A DNA stretch of 64,000 nucleotides, taken from a cyanobacterium endosymbiont of Rhopalodia gibba (GTDB lineage: Bacteria; Cyanobacteriota; Cyanobacteriia; Cyanobacteriales; Microcystaceae). Positions 53,565 to 64,000 of this stretch are shown here, piece by piece; position 1 is the first letter of the stretch; every line of letters begins with the position of its first letter. The stretch is from the NCBI GenBank assembly GCA_045159875.1, contig CP067995.1:256001-320000 (forward strand), read 5' to 3'. The position numbers and the translations under genes were made by a program. The notes below the pieces were generated by a model that had not been told where the DNA came from, made no database searches, and was given only the letters and a program-made list of their open reading frames with translations.

Positions 53565-55652
53565 ATGCACAAAGACCTAACTCGTTACCGTAACATTGGC
53601 ATCTTCGCTCACGTCGATGCGGGAAAAACTACCACCACCGAAAGAATTCTTAAACTAACCGGAAAAATTCACAAAATCGGTGAAGTTCATGAAGGCGCGG
53701 CCACTACAGACTTCATGGAACAAGAGCAGGAGCGTGGAATCACGATTCAATCTGCCGCTACCAGTTGTTTTTGGAAAGAGCACCAACTCAATATTATTGA
53801 TACTCCAGGTCACGTTGACTTTACTATCGAAGTTTATCGCTCTCTGAAGGTACTTGATGGAGGGATTGGAGTATTCTGTGGTTCAGGTGGAGTAGAACCA
53901 CAGTCAGAAACCAATTGGCGTTATGCTAATGATTCCAAAGTCGCTCGAATTATTTACGTTAATAAACTTGATCGTACAGGGGCCGATTTTTTTTCAGTTA
54001 TCAAGCAAGTTGAAGATATTCTGGCAGCTAAACCCTTAATTATGGTTTTACCCATTGGGATAGAAAGCGAATTCTGTGGAGTTGTTGATTTACTAACTGA
54101 AAAGGCTTGGATTTGGGACGATTCGGGAGATCCTACAAATTATAAAATTCAAGAAGTTCCCGCCGATATGGCTGATCAAGTTACCTTGTACCGTGAACAG
54201 TTGATCGAAATGGCTGTTGAACAGGATGACGAGATCATGGAAAAATATCTCGAAGGGGAAGAACTAACTATTGATGAAATTAAAGCCTGTATCCGTAAAG
54301 GAACCCGTGACCTTGCCTTTTTCCCCAGCTACTGCGGTTCCTCCTTCAAAAACAAAGGGGTACAGTTAGTTCTTGATGCTGTAGTTGACTATCTCCCCAA
54401 CCCAACCGAACTTAAACCTCAACCTGAGGTTGATATCGAAGGTAACGAAACAGGGAAGTTCGCTATTGTCGATCCAGAAAAACCCCTACGGGCCTTAGCC
54501 TTCAAGATAATGGATGATCGTTTTGGCGCACTCACCTTCACTCGTTTATATTCTGGAACCCTTTCCAAAGGAGATACCGTACTCAACACCGCCACGGGAA
54601 AAAGCGAAAGGGTTAGCCGTTTGGTAGAAATGCATGCTAATTCTCGTGAAGAAATTGAAACTGCACAGGCTGGAGATATTGTGGCAATTGTAGGAATGAA
54701 AAACGTCCAAACAGGTCATACACTCTGTGATCCTCGGTTTCCAGCTACTTTAGAACCTATGGTCTTCCCTGACCCTGTAATTTCCGTTTCTGTCTCTCCT
54801 AAAAAGAAAGGAGACAACGAAAAAATGGGTATGGCACTCAGCAAAATGGTTCAAGAGGACCCATCATTCTATGTGGAAACAGATAAAGAAAGCGGCGAAG
54901 TTATCATGAAAGGGATGGGAGAACTTCACCTCGACATCAAGGTGGACATCCTTAAACGAACCCATGGAGTTGAAGTCGAAGTGGGTAAACCACAAGTCGC
55001 TTACCGCGAGTCTATTACCAAAACCATCAATGATACCTATATCCACAAAAAACAATCTGGGGGGTCGGGTCAATTCGCAAAAATTGACTATATTATTGGA
55101 CCAGGGGAATCTGGTAGCGGTTTTTCTTTCGAGTCTAAGGTAACTGGAGGTAACGTTCCTAGAGAATTTTGGCCGGCAGTTCAAAAAGGATTTGAAAATA
55201 GTATTAATAAAGGGATTCTAGCTGGTTTTCCCTGTGTGGATCTTAAGGTAACGTTAACCGACGGGGGATTCCACCCTGTTGACTCCTCTTCGATCGCTTT
55301 TGAAATCGCTGCACGGGCCGGTTATCGTCAATCAATTCCTAAAGCAGGTCCCCAACTCCTCGAACCCATTATGAATGTGGATGTATTTACTCCTGAAGAT
55401 TATATGGGAGATGTGATCGGTGATCTTAACCGTCGTCGAGGGATGATTAAGTCTCAAAATTCAACTTCTATGGGAGCTAGAATCAAGTCCGATGTCCCCT
55501 TAAGTGAGATGTTTGGCTATATTGGAGACTTACGTACAATGACCTCGGGCCGGGGTCAATTCTCTATGGAGTTTTCTCACTATGCACCTTGTCCTAACAA
55601 TGTGGCCGAAGCAGTGATTGCTGAAGTTAAAGAACGTCAGGCTACTTCTTAA
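53565..55652 (+). CDS. fusA: Elongation factor G, stand-alone paralog (no rpsL-rpsG or tuf neighbours)
   Basis: [67 protein letters not shown]. Confidence 0.97.
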   Translation: MHKDLTRYRNIGIFAHVDAGKTTTTERILKLTGKIHKIGEVHEGAATTDFMEQEQERGITIQSAATSCFWKEHQLNIIDTPGHVDFTIEVYRSLKVLDGGIGVFCGSGGVEPQSETNWRYANDSKVARIIYVNKLDRTGADFFSVIKQVEDILAAKPLIMVLPIGIESEFCGVVDLLTEKAWIWDDSGDPTNYKIQEVPADMADQVTLYREQLIEMAVEQDDEIMEKYLEGEELTIDEIKACIRKGTRDLAFFPSYCGSSFKNKGVQLVLDAVVDYLPNPTELKPQPEVDIEGNETGKFAIVDPEKPLRALAFKIMDDRFGALTFTRLYSGTLSKGDTVLNTATGKSERVSRLVEMHANSREEIETAQAGDIVAIVGMKNVQTGHTLCDPRFPATLEPMVFPDPVISVSVSPKKKGDNEKMGMALSKMVQEDPSFYVETDKESGEVIMKGMGELHLDIKVDILKRTHGVEVEVGKPQVAYRESITKTINDTYIHKKQSGGSGQFAKIDYIIGPGESGSGFSFESKVTGGNVPREFWPAVQKGFENSINKGILAGFPCVDLKVTLTDGGFHPVDSSSIAFEIAARAGYRQSIPKAGPQLLEPIMNVDVFTPEDYMGDVIGDLNRRRGMIKSQNSTSMGARIKSDVPLSEMFGYIGDLRTMTSGRGQFSMEFSHYAPCPNNVAEAVIAEVKERQATS

Positions 55653-55804
55653 ATTTTCCATTGTTAAGTTATTCCTGATCGCTATTATTTTCGATTAGGA
55701 ATAATTTAACATAGAAGCAGATATCCTCAAAAAGATTGCTAAGGTACAAGCTGATTAGTGCTAGATAGAATTAATTCATAAAGTTAACCAGCAAACAAGC
55801 AAAA

Positions 55805-56160
55805 TTATGCCTTATATATTGATAGTAAAATTGAACAGTTAACGACAGGAACAATCCTACAACGCCAGAGAATTTACATTATTTGTTTAGAACAAGGACG
55901 AGGAATTAAGAGAAGTCTAGCTACTTTTCAAATTACTCACCTTCCCTCTTTTCAAGAGGGTTTCGACGGTAGGGCATAATTTCTCACTGTGAGTGACCCA
56001 CAATTTCAGCTTTGGGTTAATCAATCAGTCGTTACAACACCATGTCATTACAGAATGCTCAAAACAATTAACTGGTACTCAACAACCTTGTTATTGGGCT
56101 CATGAAATTAGTCCTAATATTGCTAAGTATTTAGCCTGAGACTTAGAAGCCTATACCTAA
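55805..56160 (+). pseudogene. Decayed hypothetical gene fragment
   Basis: ALYIDSKIEQLTTGTILQRQRIYIICLEQGRGIKRSLATFQITHLPSFQEGFDGRA*FLTVSDPQFQLWVNQS, then after a frameshift QHHVITE...QQPCYWAHEISPNIAKYLA*DLEAYT*. Confidence 0.5.
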
Positions 56161-57260
56161 ACACGGGTAATTAAAAGTGCTTGAGATGCTTGTTAACAAA
56201 AAATAAGACTAATTTTAACGAAAGTAGTTTTATTTTGACCACTCCTATTTTCTAATCTTTAATTCTGTTTGAAAACTCAGCTATCGCTTTTTCTTCCCCT
56301 TGAAGTATAGTCTGAACCAGATTAGTTACTAATCTGCCATAACTTTATTTGCGTCACTTGAGCACAGAAGTTTAATCCATGGACCAGAAAAGTTACATTT
56401 CAACGATCCTTCCTTAGCGTGGATAGCTTACAATCATAAAAAAGGAATTTTTCCTAAAAAGTTGGACATCATACTACATACTCTGCTCGAGTTGAGTCGA
56501 ACTTATTGAGGAACATATAACGCTACAATGGTCAAAAAAATATTAAAAATGGCTTTTCTATGATTAGATTGATCAATAATAAACTATCAAGTTCATCGAT
56601 GGCGTTATAGTCATCCAAAAAATATTTATAGAGAACCTTACATACTATAAAAGGATTAAATCTACCCGGTTTGTTGATAATGACAAGAGATCGATTTTCA
56701 GTAAATAAAACCAAAGATATATGTCTAAATTTTGAAAAAGTAACCTTTTTAACCTAAGCAGCAACTAATTACTTTCTAACTTTATGAGCTGATAACTTTC
56801 ATCAAAGTTATCAGATTATCTATTTTTTACTAGAAAATTGCACTTATTTGAATTTTTACAGTTATTAAAAAATTTTTAAACATAAAGCAGAAGATAATAA
56901 TTTAGGTGAATGAAGTCAACCTATTTGACTTGATAAAAATCATTATTTTTCAAAATATCAATAAAAAATCTTGATTATTTTCAGAAAAATCTGAGAAACT
57001 ATTACGATAAATTACGTTAGCTTAGAGAAAAAATGACAAGATACCTCCTAAAGTAGACTAGATTCTGAAATAACAGAAAAATTGTCTATAAAAATTTTGG
57101 CTTAAGGTTATTTTTATTTATAGAGAGTCCTCTATTAGGTTAGAACTAAAAGTGATACAAATAACCAACAACTAAATTCCGAGTGAGGTTAAACATAACG
57201 GTAAGAAAAATGTGTCGATAGTATAGGTAAATGCCGTTTATTTTTAAAGTGTAAGTTTAA

Positions 57261-58862
57261 ATGATCACAGACGAGACAAAGCCACAAACATTTTCCTTGA
57301 CGACTCCTTTGTATTATGTTAATGACGTGCCTCACATGGGGAGCGCCTATACAACTATGGTGGCTGATGCTATAGCACGCTTTAAACGACTTAAAGGCTC
57401 CTCAGTTCTGTTTATCACGGGAACTGACGAACATGGGCAGAAAATCCAGCGCACTGCAGTAGAAAGAGGTCTTGATCCGCAACAACATTGCGATCAGGTT
57501 GTGGTAAGTTTTAAAGATCTGTGGCAAAAGTTGAATATTCAATATGATCGCTTTAGCCGAACTACTAGTCAACGTCATGAAGCGATTGTCAAGGAATTTT
57601 TTCAACGAGTCTACGACAATAACGACATTTACCTAGCTCAACAACAAGGATGGTATTGTGTTGCTTGCGAGGAATTCAAAGAAAAACGGGAATTACGAGA
57701 AGACGGGTCTTGTCCTCTTCATCCCAATAAAAAAGCTGAATGGCGTGACGAAGAAAACTATTTCTTTCGTCTGTCCAAATATCAAGAAGCTCTCGAAACT
57801 TTGTATGAAGAACATCATGATTTTATTGAGCCGGAAACTCGCCGAAATGAAATCTTGAAGTTTGTTAATCAAGGGTTGCAAGATTTCTCAATTTCCCGTG
57901 TTAATGTTGGTTGGGGTTTTTCTGTTCCAGTCGATGTTAATCATACCATTTATGTTTGGTTTGATGCCCTTATAGGATATATGACTGCTTTACTTGCTCC
58001 TGATCAGGAACCGACCATAGAAAATGCCTTATCTAAATGGTGGCCTATTAATCTTCACTTAATTGGGAAAGATATTTTACGCTTCCATGCAGTATATTGG
58101 CCAGCCATGTTGATGTCAGCTAAATTACCTTTGCCTAAAAAAATTTTTAGTCATGGATTTCTGACTAAAAATGGTCAAAAAATGAGTAAAAGTTTAGCTA
58201 ATACACTTAATCCTTTTGATTTAGTAAACCGTTATGGCTCCGATGCTGTACGTTACTATTTTCTCAAAGAAATTGAATGTGGACGAGATGGAGACTTCAA
58301 TGAAACCCGTTTTGTTAATGTTCTCAATGCTGATTTAGCTAATGATTTAGGAAATTTACTCAACCGAACTCTTGGGATGACCAGAAAATACTGTGAAGGG
58401 ATAGTTCCTCGAGTAGCTAATTTGCCTTTAGACTGTCCCTTAAAAACTACTGGTCAAGATTTGGGGCTGAGAGTAACTCAAGCCTATGAAACCATCAAGT
58501 TCAATCAGGTTTGTGAAGAAATTTTTAGTCTAATTCGAGCAAGTAATAAATTCATTGATGAACAAGCTCCCTGGAGTTTATTCAAACAAGGAAAACAAGC
58601 GGAAGTCGAAACCATTCTGGCTGCTGTGTTAGAATCAGTCCGCCTGAGTGCTTACTTATTGTCCCCAATAATTCCTAATTTAAGTAATAAAATCTACCAA
58701 CAATTGGGATTATCTGTTGATTTTAATGACGGCGATCACGTCCATCAAAATGCTCCCTTCACTCAACATAGTCAGTGGGGAAAAATTGAAGTTAGTCAAA
58801 CCTTAACTAAACCCCAACCTATTTTTGTTAGGCTTAACCTTCCCGAGGAAGAATCTACCTAA
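57261..58862 (+). CDS. metG: Methionine--tRNA ligase
   Basis: TTPLYYVNDVPHMGSAY (HIGH), GTDEHGQK, YVWFDAL, GKDILRFH, KMSKS. Confidence 0.97.
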   Translation: MITDETKPQTFSLTTPLYYVNDVPHMGSAYTTMVADAIARFKRLKGSSVLFITGTDEHGQKIQRTAVERGLDPQQHCDQVVVSFKDLWQKLNIQYDRFSRTTSQRHEAIVKEFFQRVYDNNDIYLAQQQGWYCVACEEFKEKRELREDGSCPLHPNKKAEWRDEENYFFRLSKYQEALETLYEEHHDFIEPETRRNEILKFVNQGLQDFSISRVNVGWGFSVPVDVNHTIYVWFDALIGYMTALLAPDQEPTIENALSKWWPINLHLIGKDILRFHAVYWPAMLMSAKLPLPKKIFSHGFLTKNGQKMSKSLANTLNPFDLVNRYGSDAVRYYFLKEIECGRDGDFNETRFVNVLNADLANDLGNLLNRTLGMTRKYCEGIVPRVANLPLDCPLKTTGQDLGLRVTQAYETIKFNQVCEEIFSLIRASNKFIDEQAPWSLFKQGKQAEVETILAAVLESVRLSAYLLSPIIPNLSNKIYQQLGLSVDFNDGDHVHQNAPFTQHSQWGKIEVSQTLTKPQPIFVRLNLPEEEST

Positions 58863-59003
58863 ATCTGGCTAAACCGGGTGCTAGGAAAACAAAGTTGCCA
58901 TTACACCTTTTACCAATTTACAAATCTCATGAAATATAAGCCAGAAATAACAAACCCATTTCATAAACCATACCTTCTCCATAATCAACCAGGAATAAGA
59001 CAA

Positions 59004-59609
59004 ATGTTTGAAGAATTTGAAGACGATTCTATATTTACGTCAGAACAGGTATTAGAAAATAGAGGACGTGTTGCTATTTTTATTGATGGCTCTAATTTAT
59101 TTTATGCTGCTCTTCAATTAGGAATTGAAATTGACTATACAAAGTTACTGTGTCGTCTGACAGGAGGATCTCGGTTATTAAGAGCTTTCTTTTATACTGG
59201 AGTTGATCGCACCAACGAAAAACAACAGGGGTTTTTATTGTGGATGCGTCGTAATGGTTACCGAGTAATCGCTAAAGACTTGGTTCAATTACCCGATGGC
59301 TCAAAAAAAGCCAACTTAGACGTAGAAATTGCGGTTGATCTCATGGCTTTAGTCGGAGCTTATGATACCTCCGTAATCGTCAGTGGCGATGGAGACTTAG
59401 CCTATGCAGCTGATTCCGTTAGCTATCGAGGAGCGCGCATCGAGGTTGTTAGCTTACGTTCGATGACTAGTGATAGTTTAATCAATGTCGCTGATCGTTA
59501 TATTGATCTCGACCAAATAAAAGAAGACATTCAAAAAACTCCCAAACCGAACATGTCTTATGGTAGTTTTTCGGGGGTAGGGATGTTAGATAGCAATAAA
59601 CCAAGATAA
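59004..59609 (+). CDS. NYN-domain (LabA/DUF88) protein
   Basis: AIFIDGSNLFY, KKANLDVEIAVD, VSGDGDL. ATG 59004 with SD aggaa preferred over GTG 58878. Confidence 0.9.
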   Translation: MFEEFEDDSIFTSEQVLENRGRVAIFIDGSNLFYAALQLGIEIDYTKLLCRLTGGSRLLRAFFYTGVDRTNEKQQGFLLWMRRNGYRVIAKDLVQLPDGSKKANLDVEIAVDLMALVGAYDTSVIVSGDGDLAYAADSVSYRGARIEVVSLRSMTSDSLINVADRYIDLDQIKEDIQKTPKPNMSYGSFSGVGMLDSNKPR

Positions 59610-59643
59610 GGTAGGTAAGTCAGACTCAAATAACTTCAACCAA

Positions 59644-60813
59644 ATGGATAGCTCAAATTTTATTCAGAAGCGGCATCTCCAACCCAATTGGGTTTTAACA
59701 GTCGGAATGCTGTTTCTCCTCTCAGCTATCACTTCCTGTAAAGGAAACAATCAATCTCAAAGTAATTCTGATAACCCACAGCAGGAAGCTGCTAATACAG
59801 AAAGTCAATTAGTTCTCAACAACGCGACCTTAGAGCAATCTAATGCGAAAGGAGAAATGCTTTGGAAAATTCAAGTAGATGAGGCCGCCTACAGTCCTGA
59901 TCGTAAAAAGGCTCAATTAACTGCCGTAAAAGGCAATATTTTCCAAGACGGTAAAATTGTCCTTCGCATTAAAGCTGACCAGGGAGAAATTGATCGAGAT
60001 GGACAAGAAATTTATCTCAAAGAGAACATTGTTGCTGTCGATCCTCGTAACAATGCGGTAATGCAGAGTGATGAAGTGGAGTGGAGACCCCAAGAATCCG
60101 TCCTCATGGTACGAAAAAATCTGCGGGGCTCCAATCCTCAACTTACCGCTTCTGCCAAGGAGGGTAAGTATTATGCTACTAAGCAGAAACTTGAATTTAT
60201 AGGCAATATTATTGCTATTTCAAAAAAGCCTCGGATGCAACTGAAAACAGAACATCTACTCTGGAAGATTCCGGAAGAAAAGGTAATTGGTGATCGTTTA
60301 CTTAACATGGTTCGTTTCCAAGATAAAATCATCACCGATAAGCTAGTTGCTAACCATGCTGAAATTAACCTAAACACCAAACAGGTCATTGTTAAAGATA
60401 ATATTGAATTCAAATCAATTAAACCTCCGGTACAAGTAGCAACCAACGAATTTATTTGGAAATACGAAGCACGCCAAGTCACCTCAAGCAAACCCGTCAA
60501 ATTAATTCACTATCAACAGGGAGTTATCATCACTGGCAATCAAGCCGAGGTCGATATGACTAATAGTATCGCTTATCTTCGAGGTGGCGTTCAAGGTAAT
60601 AGCACCGCTAATGCCGCCAAACTATATTCAAACGATCTTACCTGGAATGTTAACACTCAGATCATCGAAGCCTTGGGAAATGTCATTTACGAACAAACTG
60701 ATCCCGACTTTAATTTAACTGGAGAAAAAGCCGTAGGCACTATACATGATAACAAAATTATTGTCAGCGGTAATGCTCAAGATCGAGTTGTAACGGAAAT
60801 TTTTACCAAATAA
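59644..60813 (+). CDS. lptC: LptC/OstA-like LPS export periplasmic lipoprotein
   Basis: Lipobox ITSC and repeated beta-jellyroll-type segments; adjacent to metG and the NYN gene as commonly seen in cyanobacteria. Confidence 0.8.
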   Translation: MDSSNFIQKRHLQPNWVLTVGMLFLLSAITSCKGNNQSQSNSDNPQQEAANTESQLVLNNATLEQSNAKGEMLWKIQVDEAAYSPDRKKAQLTAVKGNIFQDGKIVLRIKADQGEIDRDGQEIYLKENIVAVDPRNNAVMQSDEVEWRPQESVLMVRKNLRGSNPQLTASAKEGKYYATKQKLEFIGNIIAISKKPRMQLKTEHLLWKIPEEKVIGDRLLNMVRFQDKIITDKLVANHAEINLNTKQVIVKDNIEFKSIKPPVQVATNEFIWKYEARQVTSSKPVKLIHYQQGVIITGNQAEVDMTNSIAYLRGGVQGNSTANAAKLYSNDLTWNVNTQIIEALGNVIYEQTDPDFNLTGEKAVGTIHDNKIIVSGNAQDRVVTEIFTK

Positions 60814-60851
60814 CTTAAACTAACTGTCTTTTATGAAAATGGTATTACTGT

Positions 60852-61550
60852 ATGAGTGTAATTACCTCTACTACTATGAATCCTTGCATTTTACTAGTAC
60901 AACTTGAAGAATACTTTAGTCAACGCGTGAAAGCTGATTTAATAGAAATTGGTTACACTCCAGTGATTGTATCTGATGCTCATCAAGCCCTACTCGAAGT
61001 CGAAAAGCAACAACCGGCTATGATAGTTATTGATCGTCACCGCTCAAAAAAAGCTGGGTTGACTTTATGTCATCAGTTGAGAAAGGTTCAAAACCAAGCG
61101 TTGATTATTATGGTGCTTGAGCAAGAAAGCGTTGAAGAAAGAGTGGCTTGTTTAGAGGTAGGAGCCGATGACTATATATTGACAGCCTATCATACTGAAA
61201 ACCTGCTTAGGTTAGTCCATTTTTATTTGAATACTACTGAAACAGTTACCGAAAGACTTCAATTTGATAATTTAATCTTGGATTTGAACAGCCGCCAACT
61301 TTTTATAGATGAAACAGCCATTGATTTGACAATGAAGGAATTTGAATTACTTAAATACCTCATGTCTCACCCTAAAGAAATATTAACCCGAGATAAAATT
61401 CTAGAAAATGTTTGGGGATATGATTTTCAAGGCGAATCTAATGTAATCGAAGTTTATATTCGTTATTTACGCTTAAAAATAGAGAGTAAAAATAAAAAAC
61501 GATTAATCCACACTGTTCGCGGTGTTGGCTATGTTCTACGAGAAGGATAG
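60852..61550 (+). CDS. OmpR-family response regulator with atypical receiver (NblR-like)
   Basis: Winged helix LTMKEFELL...VWGYDF.GESNVIEVYIRYLRLKIE...TVRGVGY. The receiver lacks the usual acidic pair and Lys-Pro (reads LVQLEE, DDYILTAY). Adjacent to DUF192. Confidence 0.85.
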   Translation: MSVITSTTMNPCILLVQLEEYFSQRVKADLIEIGYTPVIVSDAHQALLEVEKQQPAMIVIDRHRSKKAGLTLCHQLRKVQNQALIIMVLEQESVEERVACLEVGADDYILTAYHTENLLRLVHFYLNTTETVTERLQFDNLILDLNSRQLFIDETAIDLTMKEFELLKYLMSHPKEILTRDKILENVWGYDFQGESNVIEVYIRYLRLKIESKNKKRLIHTVRGVGYVLREG

Positions 61551-61650
61551 TCAAAACAAATAGATACAAGAGGAAAAGTTCTACTTTGTATTTCTTGTGT
61601 CATCTTTAACTGTAATTGTTTCTAAACACTGATGTAAGATGAGACTTGCA

Positions 61651-62182
61651 ATGAAATTATTGATTTCCTTAACCTCAACTATTATTATTGCTATTTCATC
61701 TTTTGAATATTCTTTTCCAGCGCAGACTGAATCCTAGTCTAGTAAGGTTGAGAGGATACTAGAAATAATGGCCCAAACTCAAGGTCAAAGCCTCTCTGTG
61801 GAAGCCAAGGCAATGATCAATGAACAAGTGATTGAATTAGAAGTTGCTAAAACTCCGGAACAACAAAGTATCGGATTAATGTATCGGGAGGATTTAGCAG
61901 ATAATCGAGGAATGCTCTTTGTTTTTAAGCCTGCAAGACCGGTAAGGTTCTAGATGAAGAATGTTAACTTCTCCCTAGACATGATTTTCCTATTTAATGG
62001 AGAGGTCAAACAGGTGGTTACTAATGTTCCCCCTTGTCAACAAGGAGACCCCTGTTCTACCTACGGACCTATTCTTAACACTGATATCGATATGGTGATT
62101 GAATTACGGGGGGGGGCATGCTGCACAATTAGGTATTGAATCAGGCGATCATATTCATATTGAATTTTTCACTTCTTTTTGA
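61651..62182 (+). pseudogene. DUF192-family exported protein, recently disrupted
   Basis: Signal peptide from ATG 61651; TAG at 61735 and at 61951 (RF*MKN for RFWMKN); GLMYR and RGMLFVF motifs. A G9 run at 62108-62116 shifts the frame; removing one G gives ELRGGHAAQLGIESGDHIHIEF. Confidence 0.88.
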
Positions 62183-62517
62183 GATTCCTCTAGAAATACT
62201 CTTCCTTAGGAGTCGCACAAGCGCATAGCACTTTCTGGTCTAGCATAGGATGTTTCTGTTTCACTGAGCTCTTTTAAATAGAATGGAAATGTTGCTATTT
62301 TTCTACTTCCGTCGAGATATTTCCACAGTCATCACTACTAACTATCCATAGAAAAAAAAGTTTTCAAGTCTGTTTCGAATTCCTTAGAATTGTTGATTGC
62401 CCGACATAGTCCGTGGGCACGTATACCTACCAGCTAGAGTAATAAGATTTGCCCTTTAATTTCTTGGCGTGTCTTCGAGTGTCTATTAGACTAATTCTAG
62501 TCTAGCTTAGTCGTTAA

Positions 62518-62626
62518 GTACTGAGCGGCTTTCATCCTGAAACCGCAATATTGCAGTTATTCCCCGTCGGTTCGATACATCCTACTTATTTATTGATAAC
62601 GCGGGACTTCCCGCACGGAAGCTAAA
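62518..62626. mobile_element. Remnant end of an IS200/IS605-type element
   Basis: gcggctttcatcc...gcgggacttcccgcacggaagctaaa, with hairpin gcggg-actt-cccgc, resembles the subterminal pattern of cyanobacterial IS200/IS605 ends; no transposase or TnpB ORF. Confidence 0.45.
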
Positions 62627-63239
62627 CAGAAAAATCTCAATCTTGTTCAAAAAAGTTAAAAATTAGTGTCAAATTTATGCTAACTAATGTCTCTAGTTAA
62701 TCTTGAGCTTTGTTTGAGCTTCTTATTCTAGAAAATTTTCTAATTCTTTCAGTATTAATTGATAGTTCATCCACGACCTTAATAGTTCTTAATATAATGT
62801 TGTTCATTTATATCTGACTACTCATTTCTTCTACATCGAAGAATAAATCTTTAAGTTGACGATTCTTAGATGTAAAGTCTCTTTAAATAAAGGACAAAGT
62901 TAACTGAAAGACTAGTTTACTTTAAGTAAAATTCTGTCCAATCCCGTAATGGAAAGTTCAGTGGATAGATGGTGTGAGAATAATACGAAGAAACTCAGAG
63001 AAGCTTTGAGGATTTTTCTCCATCGAGAGTTGATGAATAAGGAACGAGTAAACGTAGCCACGTGTACATCTCTCAATAGTATTTAGTTATCTTCTATCTT
63101 CATTAGCTTTCTAACATATAGATAGACGATTAGTTGACTTGTTTAATTAAAAATAAAGAGAGCGCGCAAGGAATAAACCAAAAAGTGAATAGGCTCAGAG
63201 AACTAGGATAGAATGCTTTAATAACTTCTGCCTTAAACT

Positions 63240-64000
63240 ATGTTTAAAACTCAAGAATTACGGATTGGTTGGCTCTATCCCACCTTAATGAGTACCTATG
63301 GTGATCGCGGTAACGTCATCTGTCTTCAACGTCGTTGTCAATGGCGTGGACTCAATGTTACTATTGTCCCTATCACTCAGGAAACAGAAGCCTCGATATT
63401 CAAAGAGATCGATATCATTGTCGGAGGTGGGGCGCAAGATCGTCAACAAGAGATCGTGATGCGAGATTTACGAGGAGCTAAAGCTGAGGCTTTTAAGGAT
63501 AAAGTTGAAGAAGGAACCCCTGGAGTGTTTACCTGCGGTTCTCCTCAACTTTTGGGTCATTACTATGAACCTGCTTTAGGACGACGCATTGAGGGCTTAG
63601 GTTTACTGGATTTAGTTAGTAAACATTCAGGGGCGAATGTGTCTCGTTGTATTGGTGATATTGTCTTTGAAATCACTTCTAGTCCCCTAGCAGAAGCTTT
63701 AAGGAAAGAATTAGGGAAACCTCCGATTATCATCGGGTTTGAGAATCATGGAGGACGGACTTATTTAGGAAAAGTTAAACCTTTAGGAAAAGTGATTAAA
63801 GGGTATGGGAATAACGGGGAAGATGGTTATGAAGGAGCTTTTTATCGTCATGTGATCGCTACTTATTGCCACGGACCTTTGTTACCTAAAAATCCTTTTA
63901 TTGCTGACTGGTTAATTCAAACAGCTTTACAAGAAAAATATCAAGCTGAAATTTCCTTAGACCCTCTTGACGATTCTCTCGCAGAACAAGCTAGGAAAGC
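63240..64000 (+). CDS. gatD: GatD/CobQ-like type 1 glutamine amidotransferase (lipid II amidation partner of MurT); 3' end runs off the window
   Basis: Hand translation from ATG 63240: MFKTQELRIGWLYPTLMSTYGDRGNV...GGGAQDRQQ...VFTCGSPQLLGHYY...GFENHGGRTYL...TYCHGPLLPKNP. Confidence 0.88.
   Translation, partial: MFKTQELRIGWLYPTLMSTYGDRGNVICLQRRCQWRGLNVTIVPITQETEASIFKEIDIIVGGGAQDRQQEIVMRDLRGAKAEAFKDKVEEGTPGVFTCGSPQLLGHYYEPALGRRIEGLGLLDLVSKHSGANVSRCIGDIVFEITSSPLAEALRKELGKPPIIIGFENHGGRTYLGKVKPLGKVIKGYGNNGEDGYEGAFYRHVIATYCHGPLLPKNPFIADWLIQTALQEKYQAEISLDPLDDSLAEQARK

Noticed and set aside
55880..56180. HEARO/omega-RNA or IS605 right end (agaagcctatacc...)
   Set aside because: The region is better explained as a plus-strand protein pseudogene with long coherent frames.
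5700..60500. Many short antisense or alternate-frame ORFs in the track (e.g. 5700-5912, 13142-13342, 20996-21331, 23114-23437, 40797-41240, 51942-52310, 54864-55184, 60171-60500)
   Set aside because: They lie within well-conserved genes on the other strand or frame and show no motifs; they are shadow ORFs.
61951..61953. Stop-codon reassignment or amber readthrough
   Set aside because: TAG terminates intact genes in this window (e.g. 20297, 32152, 61550), and the same gene also carries a frameshift.
1..64000. tRNA, rRNA, CRISPR arrays, prophage, defence systems, nif or photosystem genes
   Set aside because: None was recognised by eye; small RNAs could have been missed without covariance-model searches.

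Overview
AT-rich window from a unicellular cyanobacterium of the Cyanothece/Rippkaea/Crocosphaera type whose genome is visibly eroding. About 36 intact genes cover translation, envelope and cell shape, zinc uptake, proteolysis and cofactor synthesis (including ftsH2, hemE, glmS, mreBCD, ssb, coaD, leuC, a stand-alone fusA, metG, lnt, an lptC-like gene, znuABC and gatD). They are separated by 1-3.5 kb 'deserts'. Translating these by hand gives recognisable pseudogenes: NTRC, purU, a second Mn/Zn ABC transporter, aqpZ, a serine recombinase, DUF192 and several hypotheticals. It also gives fossil IS elements (IS630 x2-3, ISL3, IS982, IS200/IS605 ends). No photosystem, phycobilisome, rRNA, tRNA or CRISPR features were seen. 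The pattern fits an endosymbiont in mid-stage reduction, such as the non-photosynthetic N2-fixing spheroid body (diazoplast) of rhopalodiacean diatoms; this identity is an inference. I found no unambiguous novel multi-gene system. The best candidates for something undescribed are a multi-stem, possibly two-state RNA leader in front of the stand-alone EF-G gene, an orphan NrtA/CmpA-type binding protein kept intact between two dead genes, and directional decay of HIP1 sites at the methylated cytosine. All family assignments come from remembered motifs, not database searches, and pseudogene and IS boundaries are approximate.
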